A stretch of 64,000 nucleotides of DNA, from the NCBI GenBank assembly GCA_964016885.1, contig OZ024743.1, positions 61,256,001 through 61,320,000 on the forward strand, read 5' to 3'. Below the pieces are notes generated by a model. The model ran no database searches and was not told where the DNA came from. It was given only the letters and a program-made list of their open reading frames with translations. Made by a program: the position numbers and the translations under genes. This DNA is from Eledone cirrhosa (lineage: Eukaryota). Shown here one piece after another: positions 12,340 to 29,490 of the stretch. Within the stretch, counting starts at the first letter, position 1; each line of letters opens with the position of its first letter.

Positions 12340-15300
12340 ATTACACAGTTACATTACGTTACACAGCTACATTACACAGCTATATTACGTTACCTAGTTG
12401 CATTACATTACACAGATACGTTACATTACATAGATACATTACACAGATACATTACACAGATACATTACATTACACAGATACATTGCATTACAGAGATACA
12501 TTACATTACATAGATACATTACAGAGATACATTACACAGCTATATTACGTTACCTAGTTGCATTACATTACACAGATACATTACATTACATAGATACATT
12601 ACACAGATACATTACACAGATACATTACATTACACAGATACATTGCATTACAGAGATACATTACATTACATAGATACATTACAGAGATACATTACAGTAG
12701 ATAGATACATTACAGAGATACATTACATTACAGAGATACATTACATTACAGAGATACGTTACACAGATACATTACAGAGATACATTACATTACATAGATA
12801 CATTACATTACAGAGATACATTACATTACAGAGATACGTTACATTACATAGATGCATTACAGAGATACATTACAGTAGATAGATACATTACAGAGATACA
12901 TTACATTACAGAGATACATTACATTACAGAGATACATTACACAGATACATTACAGAGATACATTACATTACATAGATACATTACATTACAGAGATACATT
13001 ACATTACAGAGATACGTTACATTACATAGATACATTACAGAGATACGTTACATTACATAGATACATTACAGAGATACGTTACATTACATAGATACATTAC
13101 AGAGATACGTTACATTACATAGATACATTACAGAGATACGTTACAGAGATACATTACATTACAGAGATACATTACAGAGATACGTTACATTACAGAGATA
13201 CGTTACATTACAGAGATACATTATATTACAGAGATACGTTACATTACAGAGATACGTTACATTACAGAGATACGTTACATTACATAGATACATTACATTA
13301 CAGAGATACATTACATTACAGAGATACATTACACAGTTACATTACATTACAGAGATACATTACAGTAGATAGATACATTACAGAGATACATTACATTACA
13401 GAGATACATTACATTACAGAGATACATTACACAGATACATTACATTACAGAGATACATTACATTACAGAGATACATTACAGTACATAGATACATTACACA
13501 GTTACATGACATTACAGAGATACATTACATTACAGAGATACGTTACATTACAGAGATACATTACATTACAGAGATACGTTACATTACAGAGATACGTTAC
13601 ATTACATAGATACATTACATTACAGAGATACATTACATTACATAGATACATTACACAGTTACATTACAGTACAGAGATACATTACAGTAGATAGATACAT
13701 TACAGAGATACATTACATTACAGAGATACATTACATTACAGAGATACATTACACAGATACATTACATTACAGAGATACATTACAGTACATAGATACATTA
13801 CACAGTTACATGACATTACAGAGATACATTACATTACAGAGATACATTACATTACAGAGATACGTTACATTACAGAGATACGTTACATTACAGAGATACA
13901 TTACATTACAGAGATACATTACATTACAGAGATACGTTACATTACAGAGATACATTACATTACATAGATACATTACATTACAGAGATACATTACATTACA
14001 GAGATACATTACACAGATACATTACATTACAGAGATACATTAAAGTACATAGATACATTACACAGTTACATGACATTACAGAGATACATTACATTACAGA
14101 GATACGTTACATTACAGAGATACATTACAGTACAGAGATACATTACAGAGATACATTACATTACAGAGATACATTACATTACATAGATATGTTTCTTTTA
14201 TTTGCCACTAGGGCATCAAAAGTGGGACAAGTACAATGGGGGGAGTTTACACAAAAAGGCGTCCTCAATAAGGAGGAGGCAATAACAAAATATAAAAATA
14301 AAATAAGATATAACAAAAAATAAAATTTTTAACAAAATCCTCAATAGAGAGGAGGCGCCTTGGGGGGTCGCACACACCCCCGAAAAAAGTGTGCAACCCT
14401 TCTCCTCAGGAGCACAGAGAAGGGGTGCTCCCTTGGTCTTTCATCTTCCTCACCTATAGTCTGATGTAGAGTGAAGGCCCATTCACACGGGCCATTCTCG
14501 CCACTTTCACCCATCTTTCATAGAAACGGCTGGGGTGCAGCACCTCTCTCTCCATCCTGATCCTTCTTCCGAAATGATATCGGAAGAAACGGACCAGTTG
14601 TTGGCCAGAGAGAAAGGTGCCTGACCTCAGTCCTTTCAGACGCGTCCACCATACAACCTCTTTCGCCATGGCTATTACGCACAGAAACACCGCCTCTGCT
14701 TCATCTTTGAAGGGGGGAGGCGGCTTGATCATTACAATAGACTCGGTGGTCAACCGGATCGGTCCCACCCTTGACAGCAGTTGTTCGACATAGCCCCACA
14801 GATCGGCTACGCCCGAGCAGTGTACCAATGCGTGTGCAACGGTTTCCTCGTCGCACACGCATCTGGGACAGATCTTTTTGGCGGGGTCCCTACCCGGGCG
14901 CCCGTGTCTGTAGAGCCTTTCTCGAACGGGTAAAGCCCCTCGGTAGCACTGCCAGGCCAGGGACTTCTGGAAGTTGTCCATAGGTCCCGGGCTGAATGTC
15001 CTACCGAACAGGCTGGCCAGTTCGTCCTCCTCCATGTCTAGGGCTTCTCCGAGGGCGTCGTCGCACCTGCTGCGTACCAGCCCTCTATAGAATGTTGCGG
15101 TGGAGTCTCCACTGATAACCGGATCCGCCTGCCAGAGGGCGGTGAGCGCCTGGGCACACTCAGTGTGCCAGACATTACATTACAGAGATACATTACATTA
15201 CATAGATACATTACATTACAGAGATACATTACATTACAGAGATACATTACAGAGATACATTACAGTACATAGATACATTACAGAGATACGTTACATTACA

Positions 15301-18300
15301 GAGATACATTACAGAGATACATTACATTACAGAGATACATTACGTTACATAGATACATTACATTACAGAGATACATTACAGAGATACATTACAGAACATA
15401 GATACATTACAGAGATACATTACATTACAGAGATACATTACAGAGATACATTACATTACAGAGATACATTACAGTACATAGATACATTACAGAGATACAT
15501 TACACAGTTACATTACATTACAGAGATACATTACATTACAGAGATACATTACATTACAGAGATACGTTACATTACAGAGATACGTTACATTACATAGATA
15601 CATTACAGAGATACATTACATTACAGAGATACGTTACAGAGATACATTACATTACAGAGATACGTTACATTACAGAGATACATTACATTACATAGATACA
15701 TTACACAGATACATTACATTACAGAGATACGTTACAAAGATACATTACATTACAGAGATACATTTCAGAGATACATTACATTACATAGATACATTACATT
15801 ACAGAGATACATTACAGAGATACATTACATCACATTACAGAGATACGTTACATTACAGAGATACATTACAGAGATACGTTACATTACAGAGATACGTTAC
15901 ATTACAGAGATACGTTACATTACAGAGATACATTACATTACAGAGATACATTACATTACATAGATACATTACACAGTTACATTACATTACAGAGATACAT
16001 TACATTACACAGTTACATTACATTACAGAGATACGTTACATTACAGAAATACATTACAGTACAGAGATACATTACATTACAGAGATACATTACATTACAG
16101 AGATACATTACATTACAGAGATACATTACATTACAGAGATACGTTACAGAGATACGTTACATTACAGAGATACGTTACAGAGATACGTTACATTACAGAG
16201 ATACGTTACAGAGATACATTACAGTACATAGATACATTACAGAGATACATTACCTTACAGAGATACATTACATTACAGAGATACGTTACATTACAGAGAT
16301 ACGTTACAGAGATACGTTACATTACAGAGATACGTTACAGAGATACATTACAGTACATAGATACATTACAGAGATACATTACATTACAGAGATACATTAC
16401 ATTACAGAGATACATTACATTACAGAGATACGTTACATTACATAGATACATTACATTACAGAGATACATTACATTACAGAGATACATTACATTACATAGA
16501 TACATTACATTACATAGATACATTACATTACAGAGATACATTACATTACATAGATACATTACATTACAGAGATACATTACATTACAGAGATACATTACAT
16601 TACACAGTTACATTACATTACAAAGATACGTTACATTACACAGTTACATTACATTACAGAGATACATTACATTACAGAGATACATTACATTACATAGATA
16701 CATTACACAGTTACATTACATTACAGAGATACGTTACATTACAGAGATACATTACACAGATACATTACATTACAGAGATACATTACAGTACATAGATACA
16801 TTACACAGTTACATGACATTACAGAGATACAGTACATTACAGAGATACGTTACATTACAGAGATACGTTACATTACAGAGATACATTACATTACAGAGAT
16901 ACATTACATTACAGAGATACGTCACATTACAGAGATACGTTACATTACAGAGATACATTACATTACAGAGATACTCTACATTACAGAGATACGTTACATT
17001 ACAGAGATACATTACATTACATAGATACATTACATTACAGAGATACATTACATTACAGAGATACATTACACAGTTACATTACATTACAGAGATACATTAC
17101 AGTAGATAGATACATTACAGAGATACATTACATTACAGAGATACATTACATTACAGAGATACATTACACAGATACATTACATTACAGAGATACATTACAT
17201 TACAGAGATACATTACAGTACATAGATACATTACATTACAGAGATACGTTACATTACATAGATACGTTACATTACAGAGATACGTTACATTACAGAGATA
17301 CATTACATTACAGAGATCCATTACATTACAGAGATACGTTACATTACAGAGATACGTTACATTACAGAGATACATTACATTACAGAGATACATTACATTA
17401 CAGAGATACGTTACATTACAGAGATACATTACATTACATAGATACATTACATTACAGAGATACATTACATTACAGAGATACATTACACAGATACATTACA
17501 TTACAGAGATACATTACAGTACATAGATACATTACACAGTTACATGACATTACAGAGATACATTACATTACAGAGATACATTACATTACAGAGATACGTT
17601 ACATTACAGAGATACATTACAGTACAGAGATACATTACAGAGATACATTACATTACAGAGATACATTACATTACATAGATACATTACATTACAGAGATAC
17701 ATTACATTACATAGATACATTACATTACAGAGATACATTACATTACAGAGATACATTACAGAGATACATTACAGTACATAGATACATTACAGAGATACAT
17801 TACATTACAGAGATACATTACAGAGATACATTACATTACAGAGATACATTACATTACATAGATACATTACATTACAGAGATACATTACAGAAATACATTA
17901 CAGTACATAGATACATTACAGAGATACATTACATTACAGAGATACATTACAGAGATACATTACATTACAGAGATACATTACAGTACATGGATACATTACA
18001 CAGTTACATTACATTACAGAGATACATTACATTACAGAGATACATTACATTACAGACATACGTTACATTACAGAGATACATTACATTACATAGATACATT
18101 ACAGAGATACATTACATTACAGAGATACGTTACAGAGATACATTACATTACAGAGATACGTTACATTACAGAGATACATTACATTACATAGATACATTAC
18201 ACAGATACATTACATTACAGAGATACGTTACAGAGATCCATTACGTTACAGAGATACATTTCAGAGATACATTTCATTACATAGATACATTACATTACAG

Positions 18301-21300
18301 AGATACATTACAGAGATACATTACATCACATTACAGAGATACGTTACATTACAGAGATACATTACAGAGATACGTTACATTACAGAGATACGTTACATTA
18401 CAGAGATACATTACATTACAGAGATACATTACATTACATAGATACATTACACAGTTACATTACATTACAGAGATACATTACATTACACAGTTACATTACA
18501 TTACAGAGATACATTACATGACAGAGATACATTACATTACAGAGATACATTACATTACAGAGATACGTTACATTACAGAGATACATTACATTACAGAGAT
18601 ACGTTACAGAGATACATTACAGTACATAGATACATTACAGAGATACATTACATTACAGAGATACATTACATTACATAGATACATTACATTACAGAGATAC
18701 ATTACATTACAGAGATACGTTACATTACAGAGATACGTTACAGAGATACGTTACATTACAGAGATTCGTTACAGAGACACATTACAGTACATAGATACAT
18801 TACAGAGATACATTACATTACAGAGATACATTACATTACACAGTTACATTACATTACAGAGATACATTACATTACAGAGATACATTACATTACAGAGATA
18901 CGTTACATTACATAGATACATTACATTACAGAGATACATTACATTACAGAGATACATTACATTACACAGTTACATTACATTACAGAGATACATTACATTA
19001 CACAGTTACATTACATTACAGAGATACATTACATTACAGAGATACATTACATTACATAGATACATTACACAGTTACATTACATTACAGAGATACGTTACA
19101 TTACAGAGATACATTACACAGATACATTACATTACAGAGATACATTACAGTACATAGATACGTTACACAGTTACATGACATTACAGAGATACAGTACATT
19201 ACAGAGATACGTTACATTACAGAGATACGTTACATTACAGAGATACATTACATTACAGAGATACATTACATTACAGAGATACGTTACATTACAGAGATAC
19301 GTTACATTACAGAGATACATTACATTACAGAGATACATTACATTACAGAGATACGTTACATTACAGAGATACATTACATTACATAGATACATTACATTAC
19401 AGAGATACATTACATTACAGAGATACATTACACAGATACATTACATTACAGAGATACATTACAGTACATAGATACATTACACAGTTACATGACATTACAG
19501 AGATACATTACATTACAGAGATACGTTACATTACAGAGATACATTACAGTACAGAGATACATTACATTACAGAGATACATTACAGAGATACATTACATTA
19601 CAGAGATACATTACATTACATAGATACATTACATTACAGAGATACATTACATTACATAGATACATTACATTACAGAGATACATTACATTACAGAGATACA
19701 TTACAGAGATACATTACAGTACATAGATACATTACAGAGATACCTTACATTACAGAGATACATTACAGAGATACATTACATTACAGAGATACATTACAGT
19801 ACATAGATACATTACACAGTTACATTACATTACAGAGATACATTACATTACAGAGATACATTACATTACAGAGATACGTTACATTACAGAGATACATTAC
19901 ATTACATAGATACATTACAGAGATACATTACATTACAGAGATACGTTACAGAGATACATTACATTACAGAGATACGTTACATTACAGAGATACATTACAT
20001 TACATAGATACATTACACCGATACATTACATTACAGAGATACGTTACAGAGATACATTACATTACAGAGATACATTTCAGAGATACGTTACATTACATAG
20101 ATACATTACATTACAGAGATACATTACAGAGATACATTACATCACATTACACATATACGTTACATTACAGAGATACATTACAGAGATACGTTACATTACA
20201 GAGATACGTTACATTACAGAGATACATTACATTACAGAGATACATTACATTACATAGATACATTACACAGTTACATTACATTACAGAGATACATTACATT
20301 ACACAGTTACATTACATTACAGAGATACGTTACATTACAGAAATACATTACAGTACATAGATATATTACAGAGATATATTACATTACAGAGATACATTAC
20401 AGAGATACATTACATTACAGAGATACATTACAGTACATAGATACATTACACAGTTACATTACATTACAGAGATACATTACATTACAGAGATACGTTACAT
20501 TACACAGATACATTACATTACATAGATACATTACAGAGATACATTACAATACAGAGATACGTTACAGAGATACATTACATTACAGAGATACGTTACATTA
20601 CAGAGATACATTACATTACATAGATACATTACACAGATACATTACATTACAGAGATACGTTACAGAGATACATTACATTACAGAGATACATTACAGAGAT
20701 ACATTACAGAGATACATTACAGAGATACATTACATTACATTACAGAGATACGTTACATTACAGAGATACATTACATTACAGAGATACGTTACATTACAGA
20801 GATACGTTACATTACAGAGATACATTACATTACAGAGATACATTACATTACAGAGATACATTACATTACAGAGATACATTACATTACATAGATACATTAC
20901 ACAGTTACATTACATTACAGAGATACATTACATTACACAGTTACATTACATTACAGAGATACGTTACATTACAGAAATACATTACAGTACATAGATACAT
21001 TACAGAGATACATTACATTACAGAGATACATTACATTACAGAGATACATTACATTACAGAGATACATTACATTACAGAGATACGTTACATTACAGAGATA
21101 CGTTACAGAGATACGTTACATTACAGAGATACGTTACAGAGATACATTACAGTACATAAATACATTACAGAGATACATTACATTACAGAGATACATTACA
21201 TTACAGAGATACATTACATTACAGAGATACGTTACATTACATAGATACATTACATTACAGAGATACATTACATTACACAGTTACATTACATTACAGAGAT

Positions 21301-21430
21301 ACATTACATTACAGAGATACATTACATTACATAGATACATTACACAGTTACATTACATTACAGAGATACGTTACATTACAGAGATACATTACATTACAGA
21401 GATACATTACACAGATACATTACATTATGT
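12340..21430. repeat. ~9-kb satellite of 13/18-bp units GATACATT(ACATT)ACAGA
   Basis: Continuous tandem array, interrupted only at 14190-15171. Confidence 0.98.
14190..15171 (-). mobile_element. 5'-truncated Tx1/L1-clade LINE inserted in the satellite
   Basis: ORF 14454-15035 (PMDNFQKSLAWQCYRGALPVR, CPRC..ETVAHALVHC) is paralogous to the other ORF2 C-termini; 3' end gccctagtggcaaataaaagaaac. Confidence 0.93.
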
Positions 21431-21629
21431 TACACTATGTTCGGGGTGATTTAGCGAGGTACAGTGTCTGACAAGAACGGCCCTTCGAATTTCAGGTACA
21501 ATTCCTTTTATATAACAGCTAAGTGGACTGGTGCAGCATAAAATAAAGTGACTTGCTCAAGGACACAACACAAATACCTGTAATCAAACTTACGATTATA
21601 AGCCGACAGCCGAACCACAAAGACGCAGC

Positions 21630-21630
<1 letters not shown>
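21430..21630 (-). mobile_element. CORE-like SINE fragment
   Basis: Minus strand gttgtgtccttgagcaagtcactttattt...ccagtccact. Confidence 0.6.
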
Positions 21631-22015
<385 letters not shown>

Positions 22016-22026
22016 ATATATATATG

Positions 22027-22059
<33 letters not shown>

Positions 22060-23529
22060 GTGTGTGTGTATGTATATCTATATATGTGTGTGTGCGTGCG
22101 TGCGCGTGTGTGTACATATACACACGTACATATTGGCAGCCAGATAGAGATGGGCATTTACATACACATCACCATGGTAACACTGAATGATAACAATAGA
22201 TTTTTAACTCGATTTCTTTCCGTCTTTCACTCTCTCTCTTCCTTTCTTTCTTTTTCAAGTACCTTTGGCACAACAAGTTAGTAAGTAATATTTTAAAGCA
22301 CATCATCCTGTATATAGGTAGATCTATATCGCCATTCCAGAGTGATATCCTCGTGCCTTTTTATCTACCTATACCGGTTGGAATTCAAAGCTGTGTTGGT
22401 CTATGTATGTACACACGTGATTCCAGCAACATCAGTATTTAATAGTATAGTCTGTGTTTAATAGCATACGTAGTTTATATTTTCAGCCTCCAGTCACGAA
22501 GTATTTGCCCAGGTCTGCAACACGTAGGCACCGATTGGCGTTCTTTGTTGCTATAGAAATTCCCATAAATATTCTGCAACTGTGAGCCATTTATTACGCT
22601 CATCGCGCTAACGGACAATGTATTTTCCCCACTTCTCTCTCTCTCTCTCTTTCTCTCGTTCTCTATCTATCTATCTATCTAGCTATCTCAATTTCCCCAT
22701 CACTCCCCTCTCTCTCTACCTCTACCTCTCTCTTTCTCTATCTCATTTTCCCCCTCACTCCCCCCCTCTCTCTCTCATTTTCTCCCTCATACCCCCTCTC
22801 TAATTTTCTCCCTCATTCCCCCTCTCTCTCTAATTTTCTCCCTCACCCCCCCTCTCTCTCTCTCGCTGTCAGATGAGGATTAAGATGATGATAATGATTA
22901 TTATCAATTCTCTTTTTCTTGTTGTTATTATTGTTAATATTATCATTATTATTTTTTCTTCACTAGGAACTGCTTCAATGTTACTGGATGACCTTTGCAG
23001 TATTATTGCATGAAGAAAAGAATAAGAACGAGAAGGTTATTTGGATAACGACGATGTAGAGAATTAAACTCGGTAAAGTTAAGTATATATGTCTATATAT
23101 ATATACGGCTATATATATATACGGCTATATATATATACGGCTATATATATATATATATTTCTCTCTCTCTCTATATATATACACACATGTATATATATAT
23201 ATATATGGCTATATAGTATATCCATATATATGTATGTATGTGTGTATGTATGTATGTATATGTGTGTGTATGTATGTATGTATGTATGTATGTATATACG
23301 TATGTATGTGTGTATGTATGTGTACATATACATTATGTGTGTATATATGCATGCATGTATGCATGCATATGGCTATGGCTAAAAACAGCTGGTTGAAGAA
23401 TGCAGAGTTTGATAGAACTTTCTCGTGAAGAATACCAGTTGGCTGCTTGGCTAATGGAAATAAACATATACAAGCATATATTGATGTACAAAATACGTGT
23501 GTATATACTGGGATGTGTGTTTGTGAGTG

Positions 23530-23636
<107 letters not shown>

Positions 23637-23943
23637 ATGTATGTATATACATATTGAATATGTATGAATAGAATATGTGTATGTGTATGCGTGAATAATC
23701 CTAATACGTACTACTTTAATCCAGAAGTTAAAGAAAGGCGAAATACTCATGGCCCGGGAATTCCTTCTCAAAATAATACTTGACACCTGAAATATCTAGG
23801 TACCGTCTGTATATATATATTACAAGATGTAACCTTCAGATACTGAGGATATACTTGATAATATATCATAGGATTTGAACAAGTCAGAGCAGGGTTGGGC
23901 TAAATGAAACAGATATAAATCAAATATAATAGAGTGAAATAAA

Positions 23944-24240
23944 GGGGACGTAGCTTAGCGTGTTATGTTGTTCGGTTAACGACCGCAATGTGATGAGTTT
24001 AATTCTCGGCTATGCGTTGTGTCCTTGAATAAATGCTGTATTTCAAAGCGAATTAATTGGCAGAATAATTCAAAATGCCAACCTTGTAACAAATTATGTT
24101 TCGCTGAATTTCCCTGAGAATTCTGTCAGGGATACACGTGTTTATGAAATGCCAAGCCAGTTGGACATTGATGTCACCAGCAGACTGCTCCTTCGGTCAA
24201 CAACTGAAACACTCGTCTTTGTAACAGACAGAGGTCTAAT
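23944..24240 (+). mobile_element. CORE-like tRNA-derived SINE, diverged
   Basis: tRNA-like head (gtagcttagcgtgtt...gagtttaattc), gttgtgtccttg core, and a body matching 1-190. Confidence 0.6.
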
Positions 24241-24282
24241 TGACACATTGTTGTTGTTGTTGTTATTATTAGTGATGTTGTT

Positions 24283-24507
24283 AGGGCGGTCGATTGGCAG
24301 AATCGGTAGAGCGTCGGACATCCTGCTTCGCAGATTAGAGTTACGGCCCTTGGCGTTCTGAGATCAAATCCCGCCGAGGTTAACTTTGCATTTCATCCTT
24401 ACGTGGTCGATAACATAAAGTACCAGTAATTTACTAGGGTTGATTGGATCGACTTTTCCCTCCCCTACAAATTTCTAGCCTTCTGCTTAAAGTAAAAACA
24501 ATTATTA
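24283..24507 (+). mobile_element. SINE (Meta-domain-like family)
   Basis: A and B boxes, core and tail. Confidence 0.85.
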
Positions 24508-24756
24508 GCGACGTTGTTGTAATTGCTGATCATGTTGCTGCTGATGCTGCTGATGCTACTGCTGCTGGTGATGCTGCTGTAGTAGTTATGTTTCCTTATG
24601 TCAGTCTTGATCCAGACGTGGGCAATCGGTTAAGCAACTCAGCTTTAGTACGATTTACAGATTCTCAACTCTGACTATTCCTCATTTATGTCGAGTTAAT
24701 GACTATGCTGCACATTCTGACGTGTAGTCTGGACATGTTGTATCCCCACCTCCACA

Positions 24757-24813
<57 letters not shown>

Positions 24814-24818
<5 letters not shown>

Positions 24819-25088
24819 ATAGATATCCCAGTAGGTACTAGGTACCCACGGAAATATATATGGTGTCTATAATAGTAAACATTTAAATCGTATTTTAATT
24901 TATTTAAAAGATTGTTTAATGTTTACTTGTTCCGCTCATATTTACAGTTCTATTATAGACACCATATATATTTCCGTGGGTACTTAGTACCTACTGGGAT
25001 ATCTATATCATTTATCTAATTCTCCTTAATGTAGAGAAAAAAATATGCTGTATCATGCTGCTATTTCTAGCAGCATGAAATATCAGCG
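24814..25088. repeat. 62-bp inverted repeat element related to the 486-bp HHR unit
   Basis: Arms at 24814-24875 and 24950-25011; motifs tactaggtaccc..gaaata, gctgctattt and cccgcttt are shared with the unit at 34189-34674. Confidence 0.7.
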
Positions 25089-25347
25089 AGTCTATTATTC
25101 CCGCTTTCTCTAACGGTCACCCATGGCGGACAGATCTAACACCCAACGGCATCAGAGCCACCATCTTGCAACTTTGGTCTGCTAAAGTCGCTATTGGAAG
25201 ATTATTAACCCATCATTGATTATCCAAAATGCTAATTGGTTCGTAACTTTTAATAACCGGTTCAACTGCTTTATGCACTTAATTGATAAGCTTATTCGCT
25301 TTCAAGCCACGTTTACCTGTATGTAACTTTTCATAGCAAATGAACAA

Positions 25348-25375
25348 ACCCGAGCAACGCCGGGCTAAACTGTTA

Positions 25376-25376
<1 letters not shown>
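25348..25376 (+). mobile_element. Helitron-type 3' terminus
   Basis: cccgagcaacgccggg hairpin followed by ...gTTAG|T, similar to the terminus at 39375-39401. Confidence 0.5.
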
Positions 25377-25456
<80 letters not shown>

Positions 25457-25488
25457 TATATATATATGTATGTATGTATGTATATATG

Positions 25489-25554
<66 letters not shown>

Positions 25555-25574
25555 TGTATGTATGTATGTATATG

Positions 25575-25609
<35 letters not shown>

Positions 25610-25625
25610 AGGTATATATATATAT

Positions 25626-25676
<51 letters not shown>

Positions 25677-25709
25677 GGTATATATATGTATATATTTATA
25701 TATATATGT

Positions 25710-25762
<53 letters not shown>

Positions 25763-25830
25763 GGTATATATATATATGTAGGTAGATATCTATCTCTCTC
25801 TATATATATATATATGTAGGTATTTATCTA

Positions 25831-25928
<98 letters not shown>
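25377..25928. repeat. (TA)n/(TATG)n microsatellite
   Basis: Direct observation. Confidence 0.99.
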
Positions 25929-25929
<1 letters not shown>

Positions 25930-25931
25930 GC

Positions 25932-26419
25932 ATATATAAGAAAGTAAGTCCAAAGAATCATTTGATAAAATATATACAGTATTTCTTCTCCTCTGGCGGG
26001 GATTATTTAAGAAAAATCTTTGTCCAATTGAGTTTGTTTCCTGATGATTTCGAAACTCGTGAATTTATCCATAATCGGATATTTCCAAAAAGCGAATGAA
26101 ACCTTATGGAGAAGAGACAAAATGTTGGTATGTTTATGTACATTTTTTCTTCTAACTTTGATTTTGTACCTAATTGTGTATGGTTGGCTATATGTCTAAT
26201 CAATTTCTACGGGCTATTAGAAATACTAGGTAAATCTTCTGTGGCTGTTGATCGAGGATAAAATAGCTATCATTTATTTATCTATTGTTTCTTCATAGGT
26301 ACATTTTAAACTTATAGCCACGTTTAATTGATTTTTTGTGTGGTTAATTATACTGATTGGGAGAAGAAATAATGTATATATTTTATCAAATGATTCTATG
26401 GACTTACTTTCTTATATAT
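25932..26419. repeat. Element bounded by 60-bp inverted repeats
   Basis: Arms at 25932-25991 and 26360-26419 with about 2 mismatches. Confidence 0.8.
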
Positions 26420-26537
26420 TTCTCTGATTGTTGATATTATTTAATTAATTAATTCGTCATTGAGCCACACCGTGAATAGTTGCCAAAAACACATATATAT
26501 ATCTATGGCTCTGTCTAGTTTGTGTATATGTAAATCT

Positions 26538-27416
<879 letters not shown>

Positions 27417-28019
27417 GTTTGTGTGTGTCTATGTGTGTGTTTGTGTGTATGAGTTTGTGTATGTGTATAATAAGCGGTGTAGTTTGCTTGAAGCATTGTG
27501 GAATATGAGATACAAATACGAGTAAGAAATAAGTTTGGATATTTGGGAGGCCGACAACGCGTGTTTGGTAAAAATGCCAAGGTAATAAGAAACAAGAATG
27601 GAAAGAACACAGTGAACTGAAATAAAAGAGTGTGGACGGTAGAAAGTTACCTTATCAATTTCTTATGATCTCAAATATTTTTTGATTTTCTATCTATTAT
27701 CAAGGGGCCTCCGCTAGGGGACCTCAGAGAGAAGCCCGAGAAATGTTGTGCGTAGATGGGGGGGGGGGGGGGCTGTTCGATTTATTTTGAATAAAAAAAC
27801 GTTAAAGTTTAATGTTGTTTGCGCATGTATGTAAGGAGAACGTGTGTAAGTATGTATATGATATATGCGTTTGTGTATGTGTAGTGAAGAAAAGATTTTT
27901 TTTGTCTGTTGACCATTCAAAGCCAATAACGAATTTGCTGCTAGCATTAGTTTTGTCAAACTAGGTTGGGGACTAGACTGGACAGCTGGGATGATGTCAC
28001 ATTTAGGTTGGACAAGTTA

Positions 28020-28340
28020 GATTAGCCATTGTTCTGTATTCCTTTCCATTCTATTATTAATAGTGGTCTTTAGTTTCTTAATCAAGAGGGCTTCTTGGTT
28101 TTTGACGTGCATACACTGCACTCTGTAGCCAAGATGGTGGTGATTATTTTACTGGCCCTGTTTCCGTATTTAAAAATGTGTTTGTGGAAGGAAGATGAGT
28201 TGGTGTTGATGTAGAAGTGGTCGAAATAAGTGACTCCAGTATTCCGTAAAAGCATCTCGACGGATCTGTGAGCTTCTTGGTCAAAGCCGACACCGCTGGC
28301 ACAGTATGATTAACACTGGTGCCCAAACTAATGTTGTTCT
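28020..28340 (-). pseudogene. Possible Penelope-like GIY-YIG endonuclease C-terminal remnant
   Basis: Minus strand gives ITTILATE and, frameshifted, QEALLIKKLKTTINNRME, resembling the PLE IL..E....EA..I..LKP.IN motif. Confidence 0.4.
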
Positions 28341-28484
28341 TCAGAAGAAATGTTAACCCAACAAAGAGATAGCAGTCGGTAACCCGAACGCCGCATCTTC
28401 CCATGTTCTTCGTCAGCCAACTCTGGAGCTGACATATTCGGTAAAACACTGAATCTTGATCATTTATAACAAGGAAGCGCGAAC

Positions 28485-28485
<1 letters not shown>

Positions 28486-28574
<89 letters not shown>
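28486..28574. repeat. (CA)n microsatellite
   Basis: Direct observation. Confidence 0.99.
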
Positions 28575-28576
<2 letters not shown>

Positions 28577-28867
28577 GACATACGCACATATACGTGTTGG
28601 TGGTAGCAAAAAGATGCAGCCACAGAAAACTTGCCAAACAATTGGTAGATGGGGCTGTTCAGGTGTGTCAAAAGTGTGATATTCCCTTAGTGCTGGTGAC
28701 ACAATAAAATTCACTCAGTAAACTATGTACAGTACGGGATCATATGTAAGCTAGATGATCTCTTATGACCTAGCTGAGAGGTCATAGGCTCCGGTTAAGC
28801 CCTGACATAATCTGTGACGCCCAGTTCAGTAAGTGGAATGATGTTGAAGAAAATGATGATGATAATT

Positions 28868-29048
28868 ATAATTGTTTCTACTTTTGGCACAAGGCCATCA
28901 ATTATACCAGTGCATTACTGGTACTTTATTTTATTGACTCCGTGAGGATGAAAGGCAAAGTTAACCTCGGCGGGATTTGAACTCATACCGTAAAGGGTCA
29001 TAACTCTATGCTGCAAAGAATGGTGTCTAACTCTCTACCGATACTGCG
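28868..29048 (-). mobile_element. SINE
   Basis: Reverse complement of the family consensus. Confidence 0.9.
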
Positions 29049-29190
29049 ATAATTAAATTATATTATATGAGGGTGGGTGTGAATGTGTGTGTGGGTGTGT
29101 GTCTTCAGGTAAATCTTTACAACAATAGCTATCATTTCTACTATCTCTTGTCCATAGAAACAATCAACAGTAAGCATGAGCGTGCTTGAC

Positions 29191-29205
29191 AGTAGTAGTA
29201 GTATC

Positions 29206-29288
<83 letters not shown>

Positions 29289-29366
29289 TAGTAGTAGTGG
29301 TTGTGGTGGTGGTGCTAGTAGTAGTGGTGCTAGTAGTAGTAGTGGTGGTGGTGGTCGAACTACTAC

Positions 29367-29409
<43 letters not shown>

Positions 29410-29429
29410 GTTGCTACTAGTAGTGGTGC

Positions 29430-29490
<61 letters not shown>

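Noticed and set aside
17987-19471. 494-aa ORF of LQRYIT repeats
   Set aside because: It is a translation of satellite DNA with constant phase shifts between 13- and 18-bp units; there is no coding evidence.
12340-21430. CRISPR-like or telomeric array
   Set aside because: There are no unique spacers and no TTAGGG-type unit; the context is a eukaryotic satellite.
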